This document shows, piece by piece, positions 7,750-17,675 of a stretch of DNA of 64,000 nucleotides. The notes beneath the pieces are model-generated. The model was not told where the DNA came from and searched no databases. It was given only the letters and a program-made list of their open reading frames with translations. The stretch is from a bacterium. Lineage in GTDB: Bacteria > Patescibacteriota > UBA1384 > CAILIB01 > JAUSJZ01. The stretch lies in assembly GCA_030647115.1 (NCBI GenBank), contig JAUSJZ010000010.1:4540-68539 (forward strand). The letters are read 5' to 3'. Each line of letters opens with the position of its first letter. The stretch's first letter is position 1. The position numbers were made by a program, and so were the translations under genes.

Positions 7750-9606
7750 GTGACAAACTACCAAGAGATACTACACAACAGCTCCGCTATCTTCATGCTG
7801 ATTAACAGAGCGGGTAGTGTGGTTTACGTTAATAAGGTTCTCTATTCTATCTCTACTAAAACCATAAAGGCCCGTGGTTTGGATGTGTTAGAGGGGCTAA
7901 TGAGTAAGGGTGATCGCCATCTCCTGGCCACCGAATTAGAATCGGTCTGGGCCGGTATGGGCAACGAACGTTTTTGGACGACTAACTTAAAGATACCCGA
8001 GCTAGGTTTAGTGACGGTGACCATGCGTTCCTGGCTGCTGTCACCCCAGTTGATTGTGCTAGAGCTAAACGATATCTCCGCCACCAGTGAGGCTTACCGC
8101 GAGATTGTCCAGTCGGAACGAGAGCTGGCCCTGACCAGCAAACTGGCCCAGTTAAGAACCAAGTATATCTCTGAAGACGCCTTTTATCACGCCATGCTGA
8201 AACTTATTAACCACGAGGTTAAGGCAGATGGGGCATTGCTTTACTTTAAAACCGACAATCGGCCGGGCCAGTTGGTGGCTGGGGTAAGTGAAGATGACCG
8301 AATATTTGATATTGATCTGACAAATCTAATTGCTGATCTGACGTCACACCGAGTGGAGCTTCAACGAAAACAGCTACTTCAGTGGCAGAGCAGGTTGAGC
8401 GTACCGCTACACAACCAAGATGGACCGGTGGGTTGGTTGATTTTGTTTTCGGAAGAGCCAACCAATTTTGACTGGGTCAGTATCAGGCTGATAACCAAGG
8501 TAGGCCATTTCTTGAATCACTTAGTTACCCTCGACATCATGCGCCGGCAACGGGAACACTCCCAAAATATATCGGCGACTATCTTTGCCAGCGTGCAAGA
8601 CGGTCTGATAGTGTTTGACGACAAAGGAGTAGTGATTGATATTAACCCGCCAGCGGCGGCCCAATTACAGCTTAGGCCTGGTAAAAAAAAGGTGCTACTG
8701 GAGAATCTGGTTATACCCGGCTATAAAGACGCCATCAATCGGTTTTGGCAGCGCTTGCAAACCAGCGGTAAGGCCAAATGTCGGGTTAAGCTGGGTGGCG
8801 ATAGTCAGCCAATATACGAACTAGAAGGGGTGCGCATCGCCACCGAACAACAGCTGGTCTACCTAGGCAATATTAAAGATGTCTCCCTGTGGGTCAATCG
8901 ACAAGAGCTACTACAGCAGAAGACCCGCCGGTTAGAGCAAATTGACCGGTTGAAAGATCAATTTATCTCCATGGTGTCGCATGAGCTGCGTTCCCCCCTG
9001 ACAGTCATCAAAGGGCATCTATCACTCTGGCAGAAGAACCGACAGTCAATCGATCAAGCATCAATTGAGGCGGTTACCCAGGGGGCCGAACGGCTCGACC
9101 GCTTCGTCGGAGATATCTTGTTAGCCGCCCAAATGGAGTATGGCGAATTACCACTTAGCTATTCCAAAATAGATTTACCGCACAATTTTACCAATTTGGT
9201 GAATCAGCTAAAACCGATGATTGAGGAGAAAGAGCTCAAACTAACCACCAAAATAGCACCGCTCAATATTGAGATCGATGCCGATAGATTTAACCAAGCC
9301 ATTGTCAACATCCTAATGAATGCTATCAAGTATTGTAACCAGGGTGACAGTATCACAATCAACCTCCGTCGTAACGAGCGGGGAATCACCATCACTATCG
9401 CCGACACGGGCCCGGGTATTGCCCAGAAACACTTAGCCCATATCTTTGACCGCTTTTTTAAGGGTAGTAGTAGCTCGGTCGGTGCGGGCTTGGGTCTGTT
9501 CATCACCCATCAGATAGTAAGCAGGATGGGTGGGCACATTAGTGTCACCACCAAATTAAACCAGGGTACAAAATTCACCGTAAGTTTGCCCGTCAGGGTA
9601 TACTGA
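7750..9606 (+). CDS. cytoplasmic sensor histidine kinase (GAF/PAS-type sensory region + HisKA + HATPase_c)
   Basis: 618 aa with a GTG start. The H-box is FISMVSHELRSPLTVIKGH. N, G1 and G2 boxes are NAIKYCNQGD, DTGPGI and GAGLGLFITHQIVSRMGG. There are no TM segments and no response regulator gene in the window. Confidence 0.85.
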   Translation: MTNYQEILHNSSAIFMLINRAGSVVYVNKVLYSISTKTIKARGLDVLEGLMSKGDRHLLATELESVWAGMGNERFWTTNLKIPELGLVTVTMRSWLLSPQLIVLELNDISATSEAYREIVQSERELALTSKLAQLRTKYISEDAFYHAMLKLINHEVKADGALLYFKTDNRPGQLVAGVSEDDRIFDIDLTNLIADLTSHRVELQRKQLLQWQSRLSVPLHNQDGPVGWLILFSEEPTNFDWVSIRLITKVGHFLNHLVTLDIMRRQREHSQNISATIFASVQDGLIVFDDKGVVIDINPPAAAQLQLRPGKKKVLLENLVIPGYKDAINRFWQRLQTSGKAKCRVKLGGDSQPIYELEGVRIATEQQLVYLGNIKDVSLWVNRQELLQQKTRRLEQIDRLKDQFISMVSHELRSPLTVIKGHLSLWQKNRQSIDQASIEAVTQGAERLDRFVGDILLAAQMEYGELPLSYSKIDLPHNFTNLVNQLKPMIEEKELKLTTKIAPLNIEIDADRFNQAIVNILMNAIKYCNQGDSITINLRRNERGITITIADTGPGIAQKHLAHIFDRFFKGSSSSVGAGLGLFITHQIVSRMGGHISVTTKLNQGTKFTVSLPVRVY

Positions 9607-9610
9607 AAAC

Positions 9611-10243
9611 ATGTTCAACCAGCGATTATTACCGGCCATTTTAGAGCAGAGTGCCCTGTCGGTTAAACGCAAACTGGAACAGTTGGCAGCGTTATCTGAC
9701 TCAGTCCAACTAGATTTTATGGATGGCACTCTGACCGACAGTAAGACGCTTGATCTGGATGAACTACTGCGGCTGGCTACCAACTTCAAAATTGAGGTTC
9801 ACCTCATGGTTGCTAAACCAAGCCAGTATTTTCTAACCCTGGCGACGGGTAAGGTAAAAGCCTGCGTCATCCACCAAGAGAGCTATGACGACCAGTCTGA
9901 TCTAATCAAAGACTGTCAGGCACTGAAAGCCCTGGGTATTAGTCCTAGTATCTCTTGTTGGCCAGACGCGGAACCTGAAACTGTAGCTGAAGCCAAATCT
10001 TATCAAATTATGGGAGTGGTTCCCGGTCAGGTGGGCCAAACTATTATCGGTAATACGCGAACGCGAGCACTTAACCTCAAGCAACGGGTGCGGCGTGGTG
10101 TTATGATATCACTAGACGGGGGAGTTACGTCTGCTGTTGTCAGTGACCTGGCAGATGTAGTCGACCGTTTTATTGTGAACAGCTGGCTCTATTTAAAAGA
10201 GCCGGAGATACAGTGGCGTCTGTTAGAGCAGGCGCTAAAATAA
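9611..10243 (+). CDS. rpe: ribulose-phosphate 3-epimerase-like TIM-barrel protein (divergent)
   Basis: 210 aa. Divergent matches to RPE hallmarks: LPAIL..DFMDG (substrate/metal site), HLMV, MGVVPGQVGQ (GFGGQ-like) and SLDGG. It directly precedes gap/tkt/fba. Confidence 0.55.
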   Translation: MFNQRLLPAILEQSALSVKRKLEQLAALSDSVQLDFMDGTLTDSKTLDLDELLRLATNFKIEVHLMVAKPSQYFLTLATGKVKACVIHQESYDDQSDLIKDCQALKALGISPSISCWPDAEPETVAEAKSYQIMGVVPGQVGQTIIGNTRTRALNLKQRVRRGVMISLDGGVTSAVVSDLADVVDRFIVNSWLYLKEPEIQWRLLEQALK

Positions 10244-10260
10244 CAAAGAAAAGGAGGGCA

Positions 10261-11271
10261 ATGGCATATGCAGTTGCGATTAACGGTTTTGGCCGCATTG
10301 GTCGAACTGCTTTTAAGATTGCCTTAACTAGGCCGGAGATTGAAATAGTCGCTATTAACGACCTGGCTGCAGCCGAATCACTAGCTTATCTACTGCGTTA
10401 TGACACCGCCTATGGCAAATACAGTGAAGAGGTAGCCGTTGACCAAAACTCCTTAGTTGTCGGAGGCCAGTCCATTCCACTTTTTGCCGAACCAGACCCT
10501 ACCAAACTACCCTGGCGTGATTTAAACGTTGACGTGGTAGTCGAGTCTACCGGTGCCTTTACCAAAAGAGAGCAGGCCGAGCAGCACCTAACAGCCGGTG
10601 CCAAGGCGGTTGTCGTCTCCGCTCCCGGAAAAGGTGATAATCCAATTACTATCGGGGTCTTGGGGGCGAATGAATTAAATGCTACCACCGAAAAACTATT
10701 CTCGAACGCCTCTTGCACGACTAATTGCATCTCACCTATCATGGCCATTTTAGACGCCGAGCTGGGGGTTGCTAAAGCGATGATGACGACAATTCACGCC
10801 TATACTGCTTCTCAAAATATTCAAGACGGACCGAACAAAGATTTTCGTCGGGGGCGCGCCGGAGCCGCCAATATCATACCGACGACCACCGGAGCAGCCA
10901 CAGCCACGACGGCCGTTTTGCCAAATCTCAAAGACAAATTTAACGGGTTTGCGCTACGGGTACCGCTTATTACCGGCTCAATTAGTGATATTACGGCGGT
11001 TGTCAAGCGCCAGACTACCGTGGCCGAGCTCAATCAAATATTCACCGACAAGGCCGATAAGGGTTTACTAAAAGGTATACTACAGGTCACTACCGAGCCC
11101 ATCGTCTCGAGTGATGTCATTGGTTCATCGTATTCAGCCATCGTTGATCTCTCCTTTACCCAGGTTGTGGGTGGTGACCTGGTTAAAATTGTAGCCTGGT
11201 ATGACAACGAGTACGGCTACTCCTGTCGTTTAATTGACCAGGTAATCGCGATTGCTAAACAAGTGGCATGA
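10261..11271 (+). CDS. gap: glyceraldehyde-3-phosphate dehydrogenase
   Basis: The N-terminal NAD-binding motif is MAYAVAINGFGRIGR and the catalytic motif is SCTTNC. The start was set at ATG 10261 inside the longer listed ORF (10213). Confidence 0.95.
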   Translation: MAYAVAINGFGRIGRTAFKIALTRPEIEIVAINDLAAAESLAYLLRYDTAYGKYSEEVAVDQNSLVVGGQSIPLFAEPDPTKLPWRDLNVDVVVESTGAFTKREQAEQHLTAGAKAVVVSAPGKGDNPITIGVLGANELNATTEKLFSNASCTTNCISPIMAILDAELGVAKAMMTTIHAYTASQNIQDGPNKDFRRGRAGAANIIPTTTGAATATTAVLPNLKDKFNGFALRVPLITGSISDITAVVKRQTTVAELNQIFTDKADKGLLKGILQVTTEPIVSSDVIGSSYSAIVDLSFTQVVGGDLVKIVAWYDNEYGYSCRLIDQVIAIAKQVA

Positions 11272-12104
11272 CCATTTATACGCTCGAAAAAAAGGCCTAT
11301 CACATTAGAGAGCAGGTAATTAAAATGCTGCTGGCCGCTAAATCGGGTCACGCGGCCGGTTCGTTAGGAGTGGCCGATATTATGACGGCTCTTTATTTTC
11401 GCTATCTCAATCATCAACCTAAAAAACCCGACTGGGAGGGTCGAGACCGGTTTATTTTGTCTTGTGGTCACCTGGTACCGGTCTGGTATGCCACCCTAGC
11501 CGAGGCCGGCTATTTCGATCAGGCCCAACTGACCGGTCTACGGCAATTTGGCAGTAAACTGCAGGGTCACCCTAAAAGGGGTCTGCTACCTGGGGTGGAG
11601 AATACCGGGGGGCCCTTGGGCCAAGGGGTTTCACAGGCTGTCGGACGAGCGCTGGCCGCGCGTTTGCTGAAGGCTAAATACCGAATTGTCTGCCTGATGA
11701 GTGACGGTGAACAGCAGGAGGGCCAGGTCTGGGAAGCTCTAATGACGGCCAGCAAATATAAATTATCTAACCTAACTTTTATAGTTGATCGCAATAATAT
11801 TCAGATAGACGGTCATACCGAAGATATCATGCCCCTTGAACCACTGCGGGCCAAATACGAGGCCTTTGGTCTAGAAGTGCTCGAAGTTGACGGGCATAAC
11901 ATTAAGGCAATTTTGGACTGTTTGAGTCAGGCCGAAGCGACCTATGAGAAACCGACGATTATTATGGCTCATACTATTGCCGGCAAAGGAGTCAGTTTTA
12001 TGGAGCAAGAACCGAATTGGCACGGTCGGGCACCCAATAAAGAAGAGGCGCTACGAGCGCTGCAACAACTACGAACACTAGAAGGAAGAATCGAACATGA
12101 TTAA
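11268..12104 (+). CDS. transketolase, N-terminal (TPP-binding) subunit
   Basis: 278 aa with GHAAGSLGVADIMTALYF and TPP-binding segments. The gene is split: it overlaps the next ORF by 8 nt. Confidence 0.9.
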   Translation: MTIYTLEKKAYHIREQVIKMLLAAKSGHAAGSLGVADIMTALYFRYLNHQPKKPDWEGRDRFILSCGHLVPVWYATLAEAGYFDQAQLTGLRQFGSKLQGHPKRGLLPGVENTGGPLGQGVSQAVGRALAARLLKAKYRIVCLMSDGEQQEGQVWEALMTASKYKLSNLTFIVDRNNIQIDGHTEDIMPLEPLRAKYEAFGLEVLEVDGHNIKAILDCLSQAEATYEKPTIIMAHTIAGKGVSFMEQEPNWHGRAPNKEEALRALQQLRTLEGRIEHD

Positions 12105-13053
12105 GGAACTAGCTACTGCCAACGGCTCATTACGCAACGGGTTTGGAGACGCGCTGGTAGAACTGGGTAATTTAAATTCTAAGGTGGTGGTGATCACCGC
12201 TGACCTAAAAGAGAGTACGCGGGCCACTACCTTTGCCGAGCGCTTTCCCGAACGCTTCTTCGACGTGGGCGTTGCGGAACAGAATATGATGGGGGTAGCG
12301 GCCGGTTTGGCACAAGAGGGCTTTATTCCCTTCTGTACCAGCTTCGCGGTTTTTAATCCGGGTCGTAATTGGGACCAGTTGAGAGTTAGTGTCTGTTATG
12401 ACAACGCCAACGTGAAGATTATTGGCGCCCATGCGGGTCTGACTGCCGGAGGCGATGGGGCGACTCACCTCGGTCTCGAAGATCTGGCAATCACCCGAGT
12501 CTTACCAAACCTGGTGGTGTTGGCACCGGCCGATATTCACGAGACCAGAATGGCCACCCTAGCGGCTGCTGCCTACGCCGGGCCAGTTTATATCAGGTTT
12601 GGGCGCAGTGATGAGCCAATTATCTTCAAACCGGGTGAACAATTTAGCATCGGTAAGGCCAAAGTTATGCGCGAGGGTCGCGACATTGCCCTTTATACTA
12701 CCGGCAGCATGTTAGCCCCGACCCTGGCGGCCGCCGCTTATTTGGATAGTAATAAGGTGAAGGCGGCCGTGATTCATTTCCCCACCGTAAAACCGTTAGA
12801 TAAGACGACTGCTATTGAATACGCCCGACAGACCAAGGCGGTGGTAACGGTCGAGGAACATCAAGTCGATGGCGGTTTCGGCAGTGCTATTAGCGAAGTA
12901 CTCTCTGAAAATTGGCCGGTACCCCTAAAGAGAATGGGGGTGAACAATACCTTTGGGGAGACGGGCTCACCCGTTGAATTGCGGCGAAAACACAAATTGC
13001 AGAGTAGCGATATCGCCGCTGCGGCCGTGAAACTGTTACTCAAACATCGATGA
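12097..13053 (+). CDS. transketolase, C-terminal (pyrimidine-binding + C-domain) subunit
   Basis: 318 aa. It matches the central/C-terminal half of transketolase (FPERFFDVGVAEQNMMGVAAGLA...) and is adjacent to the N-half. Confidence 0.9.
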   Translation: MIKELATANGSLRNGFGDALVELGNLNSKVVVITADLKESTRATTFAERFPERFFDVGVAEQNMMGVAAGLAQEGFIPFCTSFAVFNPGRNWDQLRVSVCYDNANVKIIGAHAGLTAGGDGATHLGLEDLAITRVLPNLVVLAPADIHETRMATLAAAAYAGPVYIRFGRSDEPIIFKPGEQFSIGKAKVMREGRDIALYTTGSMLAPTLAAAAYLDSNKVKAAVIHFPTVKPLDKTTAIEYARQTKAVVTVEEHQVDGGFGSAISEVLSENWPVPLKRMGVNNTFGETGSPVELRRKHKLQSSDIAAAAVKLLLKHR

Positions 13054-13916
13054 TCACCACTTTGGTACCGGTCTTGCACCAGGCCCAGCTCAACCGTTAC
13101 GCCGTCGGCGCCTTCAACACCAATAACCTGGAGTTCAGCCAGGCCATCATTGAGGCAGCCCACGAAGAGCAGGCACCGGTTATTATCCAACTCTCACCTA
13201 AAGCCATGGTTTACGGTGGTAAGGCCCTTTTTTGTCTGACACAAGAGTTGGCTGCCAACACCGACGTACCGGTAGTCATCCACCTCGATCACGGTAGGAA
13301 ATTGAGTGATCTCAAACTGGGGCTCGAATGGCAGATGAGCTCGGTCATGATGGATGCCTCCGCGTTGAGTTTTAAACGCAATGTCGACGCTACCAAAGAA
13401 GCGGTCCGATTGGCACACCGTCATCGTGCCAGCGTCGAGGGTGAGTTGGGTACGATTGGAGGTCAAGAGGACTATGTTACTGGTGATGATCAGAATTCCT
13501 ACAGCTTAGACCAGATCAAAATATTTGCTAAGGAGACCCGAGTCGATGCGTTAGCCCTTGGTTTGGGGACCAGCCACGGTTTGCCCGTTAAGAACGAACA
13601 CGTCGATCAAAATATCTTAAAACAGGCCCGGGCCGCTGTCACCACACCCCTAGTTTTACACGGTGCCTCAAATATTGCTCCACTGGTAATTCGTAAGGCA
13701 ATTTTAAACGGCATCACTAAAATCAATATTGATACCGAGTTACGGCAACCATTTACCGGTGCAGTCCGCCATGCGCTGGCGACTGACCACCGACTCTTTG
13801 ACCCCCGGGAATACCTGGGAGTGGCCCGGGCAGCCGTCAAGGAGAGAGTGAAGCAAAAGATTAGATTATTTGGTTCAGCCAATAAAGCCAACTATGGATA
13901 TCCACGTTTTAGGTGA
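13050..13916 (+). CDS. fba: class II fructose-bisphosphate aldolase family protein
   Basis: 288 aa with AVGAFNTNNLEF, VIIQLS, VVIHLDHG and LHGASNI motifs of class II FBP/tagatose-bisphosphate aldolases. Confidence 0.88.
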   Translation: MITTLVPVLHQAQLNRYAVGAFNTNNLEFSQAIIEAAHEEQAPVIIQLSPKAMVYGGKALFCLTQELAANTDVPVVIHLDHGRKLSDLKLGLEWQMSSVMMDASALSFKRNVDATKEAVRLAHRHRASVEGELGTIGGQEDYVTGDDQNSYSLDQIKIFAKETRVDALALGLGTSHGLPVKNEHVDQNILKQARAAVTTPLVLHGASNIAPLVIRKAILNGITKINIDTELRQPFTGAVRHALATDHRLFDPREYLGVARAAVKERVKQKIRLFGSANKANYGYPRFR

Positions 13917-14856
13917 TGTAACAATCGACAACTTCATCTTTATTGATCATAATGATGCGGTTTTAAATTGTCGGCTCAATACCGACAACTGCACCTTGAG
14001 TGTGAAATACGGCGAGAAAACGCCGGTCAAGGAACTGTACCATTCAATTGGCGGCAACGCGGCTAACGTAGCGGTTGGTTTAACTCGCTGTGGTCTATCA
14101 AATAAACTGTATACCGAAGTCGGTGCTGATGTTGCTGGCCAACAATTAATAGATACCTTAAAAAAAGAGGGCGTTAACGTCAGCCAGGTCGAGGTTGTCT
14201 CTAAGAGGGCAACCAACCAATCGTATATCATTTTGTACTTAGGCGAACGAACTATCTTCTCTTATCATGAACCCGATCAAAAACTTGCTATCAATATTAA
14301 AGATAGTGATACGGTCTATCTTACCTCACTCGGAAAAGGGTGGCAGGAAGTGTATGAGAGTGTCTTAAATAGTAAGCTGTTAATTTACCAACCGGGGACC
14401 ATTCAGATAAGAGCTGGTTGGCGACAATCTAAAGCGATATTAGCTAAATCGGGTATTCTGATTCTCAATTACACCGAAGCAGAGAGTCTGCTTGGCAAAA
14501 CCTATTCGAACGGTAAAGATCTGTTAAACGCCCTGCTAAATACGGGTGCCAAAGAGGTGGTTGTAACCAAAGGCAAGGCCGGTTCACTAGCCGCTAACCA
14601 GTACGAGTTTTATGAAGCGGGAGTTTGGCATGAGGCTATTAAAAAAGAATCAACCGGCTCTGGTGATGCCTACACCAGTGCCTATGTCGCTAGTCGGCTA
14701 AAAGGTCTGGGTATCGATGTAGCAATGCAGGCCGGCACGTTGAACGCCGGTTACGTGATGCAGGAGATTGGCGCTCAAGCAGGCTTGCAACGATGGGATG
14801 AGCTGATGAAAGCCGTTAAATCGAGTAAGATAACGGTTAAAAATATAAATGATTAG
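13894..14856 (+). CDS. PfkB-family carbohydrate kinase (ribokinase-like)
   Basis: GGNAANVAVGL (motif 1) and GSGDAYTSAYVA (C-terminal anion-hole motif). The start was chosen at MDIHVLG to limit overlap with fba. Substrate unknown. Confidence 0.75.
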   Translation: MDIHVLGDVTIDNFIFIDHNDAVLNCRLNTDNCTLSVKYGEKTPVKELYHSIGGNAANVAVGLTRCGLSNKLYTEVGADVAGQQLIDTLKKEGVNVSQVEVVSKRATNQSYIILYLGERTIFSYHEPDQKLAINIKDSDTVYLTSLGKGWQEVYESVLNSKLLIYQPGTIQIRAGWRQSKAILAKSGILILNYTEAESLLGKTYSNGKDLLNALLNTGAKEVVVTKGKAGSLAANQYEFYEAGVWHEAIKKESTGSGDAYTSAYVASRLKGLGIDVAMQAGTLNAGYVMQEIGAQAGLQRWDELMKAVKSSKITVKNIND

Positions 14857-15811
14857 CAAGAAAGTCGTTGTTTTGAGAGAGATACCGGCCGTGGCAATTG
14901 AATTGCTGGCTAAGAAATATCAGGTTGATGTCAATCAGTCGGGTCGGGTTCTGACCCGAGAGCAGTTGTATCATCGAGTGAAAGGGGCTAGCGCCATCAT
15001 CTCACTGCTGACCGATCGCATAGATGGGGCGGTGGTCAAGGCCGCTGGGCCACATCTGGCAATTGTCGCCAACTACGCGGTGGGGTTCGATAACGTAGAA
15101 CTGAAGGCCTTACGTGAGAAAAACATTGTGGTAACTAATACGCCGGGCGGAGTAACCGAAGCGGTCGCGGAACATACATTAGCCTTAACTCTGGCAGTGG
15201 CGCGTCGGGTGGTAGAAGCGGACAAATATGTCAGAAGCGGTCGCTATAAGCAGTGGGAACCATTACTCTTTTTAGGGCAATCACTAGTCGGCAAGACGGT
15301 GGGTATAATAGGGGCCGGTCGTATTGGTTCGGCCTTTGGTCGCATGATGCATCGAGCCCTCAAGGCAAAGCTACTCTACTTTGATACTCAACGTAACGCT
15401 GAATTAGAGCGGTCAATCGGAGCTACCAAGGTCTCTCTCAACGCCATTATGGAGCGCAGTGATATTATCTCTATTCACGTCTGTCTAACACCGCAGACCA
15501 AACACCTGATTGGTAGGGCCCAGTTAGCAGCCATGAAACCGACGGCTATTTTAGTAAATACCGCCCGGGGCCCGGTTATAGATGAAAGCTGTTTAATAGA
15601 TTGTCTCAAAAATAAAAGTATCTTCGGAACCGCCCTAGATGTTTATGAAAATGAACCCCACTTAATACCGGGCACTCGAGCACTCAACAATATAGTCCTG
15701 ACGCCTCATATTGGTTCAGCTACCGATGATGCCCGAATAGAGATGGCCGTCACGGCGGCCCGTAATGTTATCGCTGTACTATCTGGTCACGTCCCGCTCA
15801 ACCCCGTTTAA
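14849..15811 (+). CDS. D-isomer-specific 2-hydroxyacid dehydrogenase (glycerate/hydroxypyruvate/lactate DH family)
   Basis: 320 aa. The NAD-binding motif is GIIGAGRIGSAFG, with catalytic Arg/Glu/His placement typical of the family. Confidence 0.8.
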   Translation: MISKKVVVLREIPAVAIELLAKKYQVDVNQSGRVLTREQLYHRVKGASAIISLLTDRIDGAVVKAAGPHLAIVANYAVGFDNVELKALREKNIVVTNTPGGVTEAVAEHTLALTLAVARRVVEADKYVRSGRYKQWEPLLFLGQSLVGKTVGIIGAGRIGSAFGRMMHRALKAKLLYFDTQRNAELERSIGATKVSLNAIMERSDIISIHVCLTPQTKHLIGRAQLAAMKPTAILVNTARGPVIDESCLIDCLKNKSIFGTALDVYENEPHLIPGTRALNNIVLTPHIGSATDDARIEMAVTAARNVIAVLSGHVPLNPV

Positions 15812-15881
15812 AAACGATATCCTCTTGACAAGCTATACCAACCTGCCAGAATAAGGACAGATTAGAAGTTAACATGCGTAT

Positions 15882-16124
15882 ATGGCTTACGAGTATACCA
15901 ACTCAAAAGGACAGCTCTACCACCTCCACTCGAAGGAGGTAACCTTGAAGGGTAACCTTCAGATGAAGATCTTCTACTTTAAGAAGGAGGTCGACGAAGA
16001 GTTCGCGATTGATGAACTACCGGCCGACCGAGAGGTCGTCGAGAATGAGCGCACCGGTTTACCGCTCGTGCGACGTAAGCGAACCGAAGAAGAGGCTAAG
16101 GAAGAGGCTAAAGAAAAAGGCTAG
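15882..16124 (+). CDS. hypothetical small protein with highly charged C-terminus
   Basis: 80 aa with no clear SD. It is followed 25 nt later by a very strong intrinsic terminator, which supports a transcribed unit ending here. Confidence 0.35.
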   Translation: MAYEYTNSKGQLYHLHSKEVTLKGNLQMKIFYFKKEVDEEFAIDELPADREVVENERTGLPLVRRKRTEEEAKEEAKEKG

Positions 16125-16149
16125 GCAAGACTAGCTCTTAAGTAGGAAA

Positions 16150-16180
16150 AGACCCCATCGCTGGGGTCTTTTCTTGTTTT
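16150..16180 (+). terminator. rho-independent terminator (AGACCCCA-tcgc-TGGGGTCT + TTTCTTGTTTT)
   Basis: A perfect 8-bp GC-rich stem with a 4-nt loop and a U-rich tail. It ends the central-carbon operon before the surface locus. Confidence 0.8.
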
Positions 16181-16211
16181 ATTGGGTCTTACTTGCTACA
16201 TTCTCTTGTAG

Positions 16212-17675
16212 ATGAAACGCAGCGACCTTTTCTTTACAGCCTTATTAATACCACTGGACTACATGGCGGTGGTAGTCAGTTTTATGTTGGCTTATCTTAT
16301 TAGAGTCAGTTATCCAACCATTGTACCAATCCACTGGTTGGGCCAGGTAGCCGACACGGTTAGCTACGAACCTGACCTGCAGCTTTATCCATTAATAGCC
16401 TATGTACCGGCTATTCTGTGGTTAGTAGCCGCCATGGTCGTTACTTTTATCTTTACCGGTCTGTATCGTGCCCGTCGCTTCACTAATACCTCGGAGGCTT
16501 CATCACAGATATTACGCTCCGTCGCTTATACCTTTTTACTACTGCTGCTGGTTACCTTCGTTAGGGGCAATACAATTTTACCCCGTCTGGTAATTCTATA
16601 TGCCATGGTTTTAACGGTCTTCGCGTTGGTATTAACTCGGTGGCTGGTCCATTTTATGAGAGTGATACTACAACGATACGGGGTTGGAGTGGTACGCGTC
16701 GCCGTGCTCGGTAAGAGGCGCAACGCCGATCGGGCAATCAGCTTCATTAACAGTTTTCGGGGTGAAGGATACCGCTTTGCCAGACAGTATTCATTGGGGG
16801 AACGAGAGAAGCTGTTGCGAGCGATCGACCGACGTAAATTTGATGAGCTAATTATCGCCGTTAATCACATTGATGAGCAGGAGCTGATTGATATTAGAGA
16901 GGCCTGTATTGAAAAACGGGTCGGTTTTGCTTTCGTGCCGAGCATGTTAGAGGTGCTGACTTCAAGAGTAGAGGTTAAAGACATGCGGGGATTTACGATG
17001 ATTGAGGTGCCACTGACCCCGTTGGAGGGTTGGGGCTATATCGTCAAAAGAATCGTTGATCTCACAGGTTCGATAGTGGGTCTTATTATACTTAGCCCGT
17101 TACTAATACTTATTGCTCTAGCCATCTATATCGATAGTCCCGGCCCAATCTTTTTTAAACACAAACGACTGGGTCAGCAACTAGAGGAGTTTTCGCTGTT
17201 CAAGTTTAGAACCATGAAGACCGAATTTTGTGACGGTGAGGGTTATGACAAGAAAAGGGCTCGGGCTCACTTTGAGGAGCTGCTCAACAATAATAAACAT
17301 TTGAAGGAAGAATGGCAGACCTATCAGAAGCTGAAACACGACCCCAGAGTGACTAGATTAGGGACCATATTACGTAAGACCAGTCTTGATGAATTGCCAC
17401 AGCTCTTTAACGCTCTAAGAGGAGATGTGAGCCTGGTTGGTCCCAGACCGATAGTCCGTAATGAGCTAGAAAAATATGGTCAGATGCGGCACCGTCTGTC
17501 GGCTATTAAGCCCGGTATAACCGGTCTGTGGCAGGTGAGTGGGCGTAATGATACTACCTATGAAGAGCGGGTGAGGTTAGATATGGTTTACGTGGAGAAT
17601 TGGAGTCTCTGGTTAGACGTTGTTATTATGTTAAAGACAATCAACACACTACTATTTAGAAAAGGTGCCTACTAA
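16212..17675 (+). CDS. undecaprenyl-phosphate sugar phosphotransferase (WbaP/CpsE-like bacterial sugar transferase)
   Basis: 487 aa. It has N-terminal TM helices and a C-terminal sugar-transferase domain ([41 protein letters not shown] ... VGPRP ... GLWQVSGR). Confidence 0.85.
   Translation: MKRSDLFFTALLIPLDYMAVVVSFMLAYLIRVSYPTIVPIHWLGQVADTVSYEPDLQLYPLIAYVPAILWLVAAMVVTFIFTGLYRARRFTNTSEASSQILRSVAYTFLLLLLVTFVRGNTILPRLVILYAMVLTVFALVLTRWLVHFMRVILQRYGVGVVRVAVLGKRRNADRAISFINSFRGEGYRFARQYSLGEREKLLRAIDRRKFDELIIAVNHIDEQELIDIREACIEKRVGFAFVPSMLEVLTSRVEVKDMRGFTMIEVPLTPLEGWGYIVKRIVDLTGSIVGLIILSPLLILIALAIYIDSPGPIFFKHKRLGQQLEEFSLFKFRTMKTEFCDGEGYDKKRARAHFEELLNNNKHLKEEWQTYQKLKHDPRVTRLGTILRKTSLDELPQLFNALRGDVSLVGPRPIVRNELEKYGQMRHRLSAIKPGITGLWQVSGRNDTTYEERVRLDMVYVENWSLWLDVVIMLKTINTLLFRKGAY

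Noticed and set aside
10213-10260. Upstream extension of gap ORF
   Set aside because: Overlaps the rpe-like gene. The conserved GAPDH N-terminus begins at MAYAVAINGFGRIGR (10261).
15825-15853. TTGACA-N17-AGAATA promoter upstream of the 15882 small ORF
   Set aside because: Good -35, but the -10 is poor (AGAATA). Not listed as a feature.
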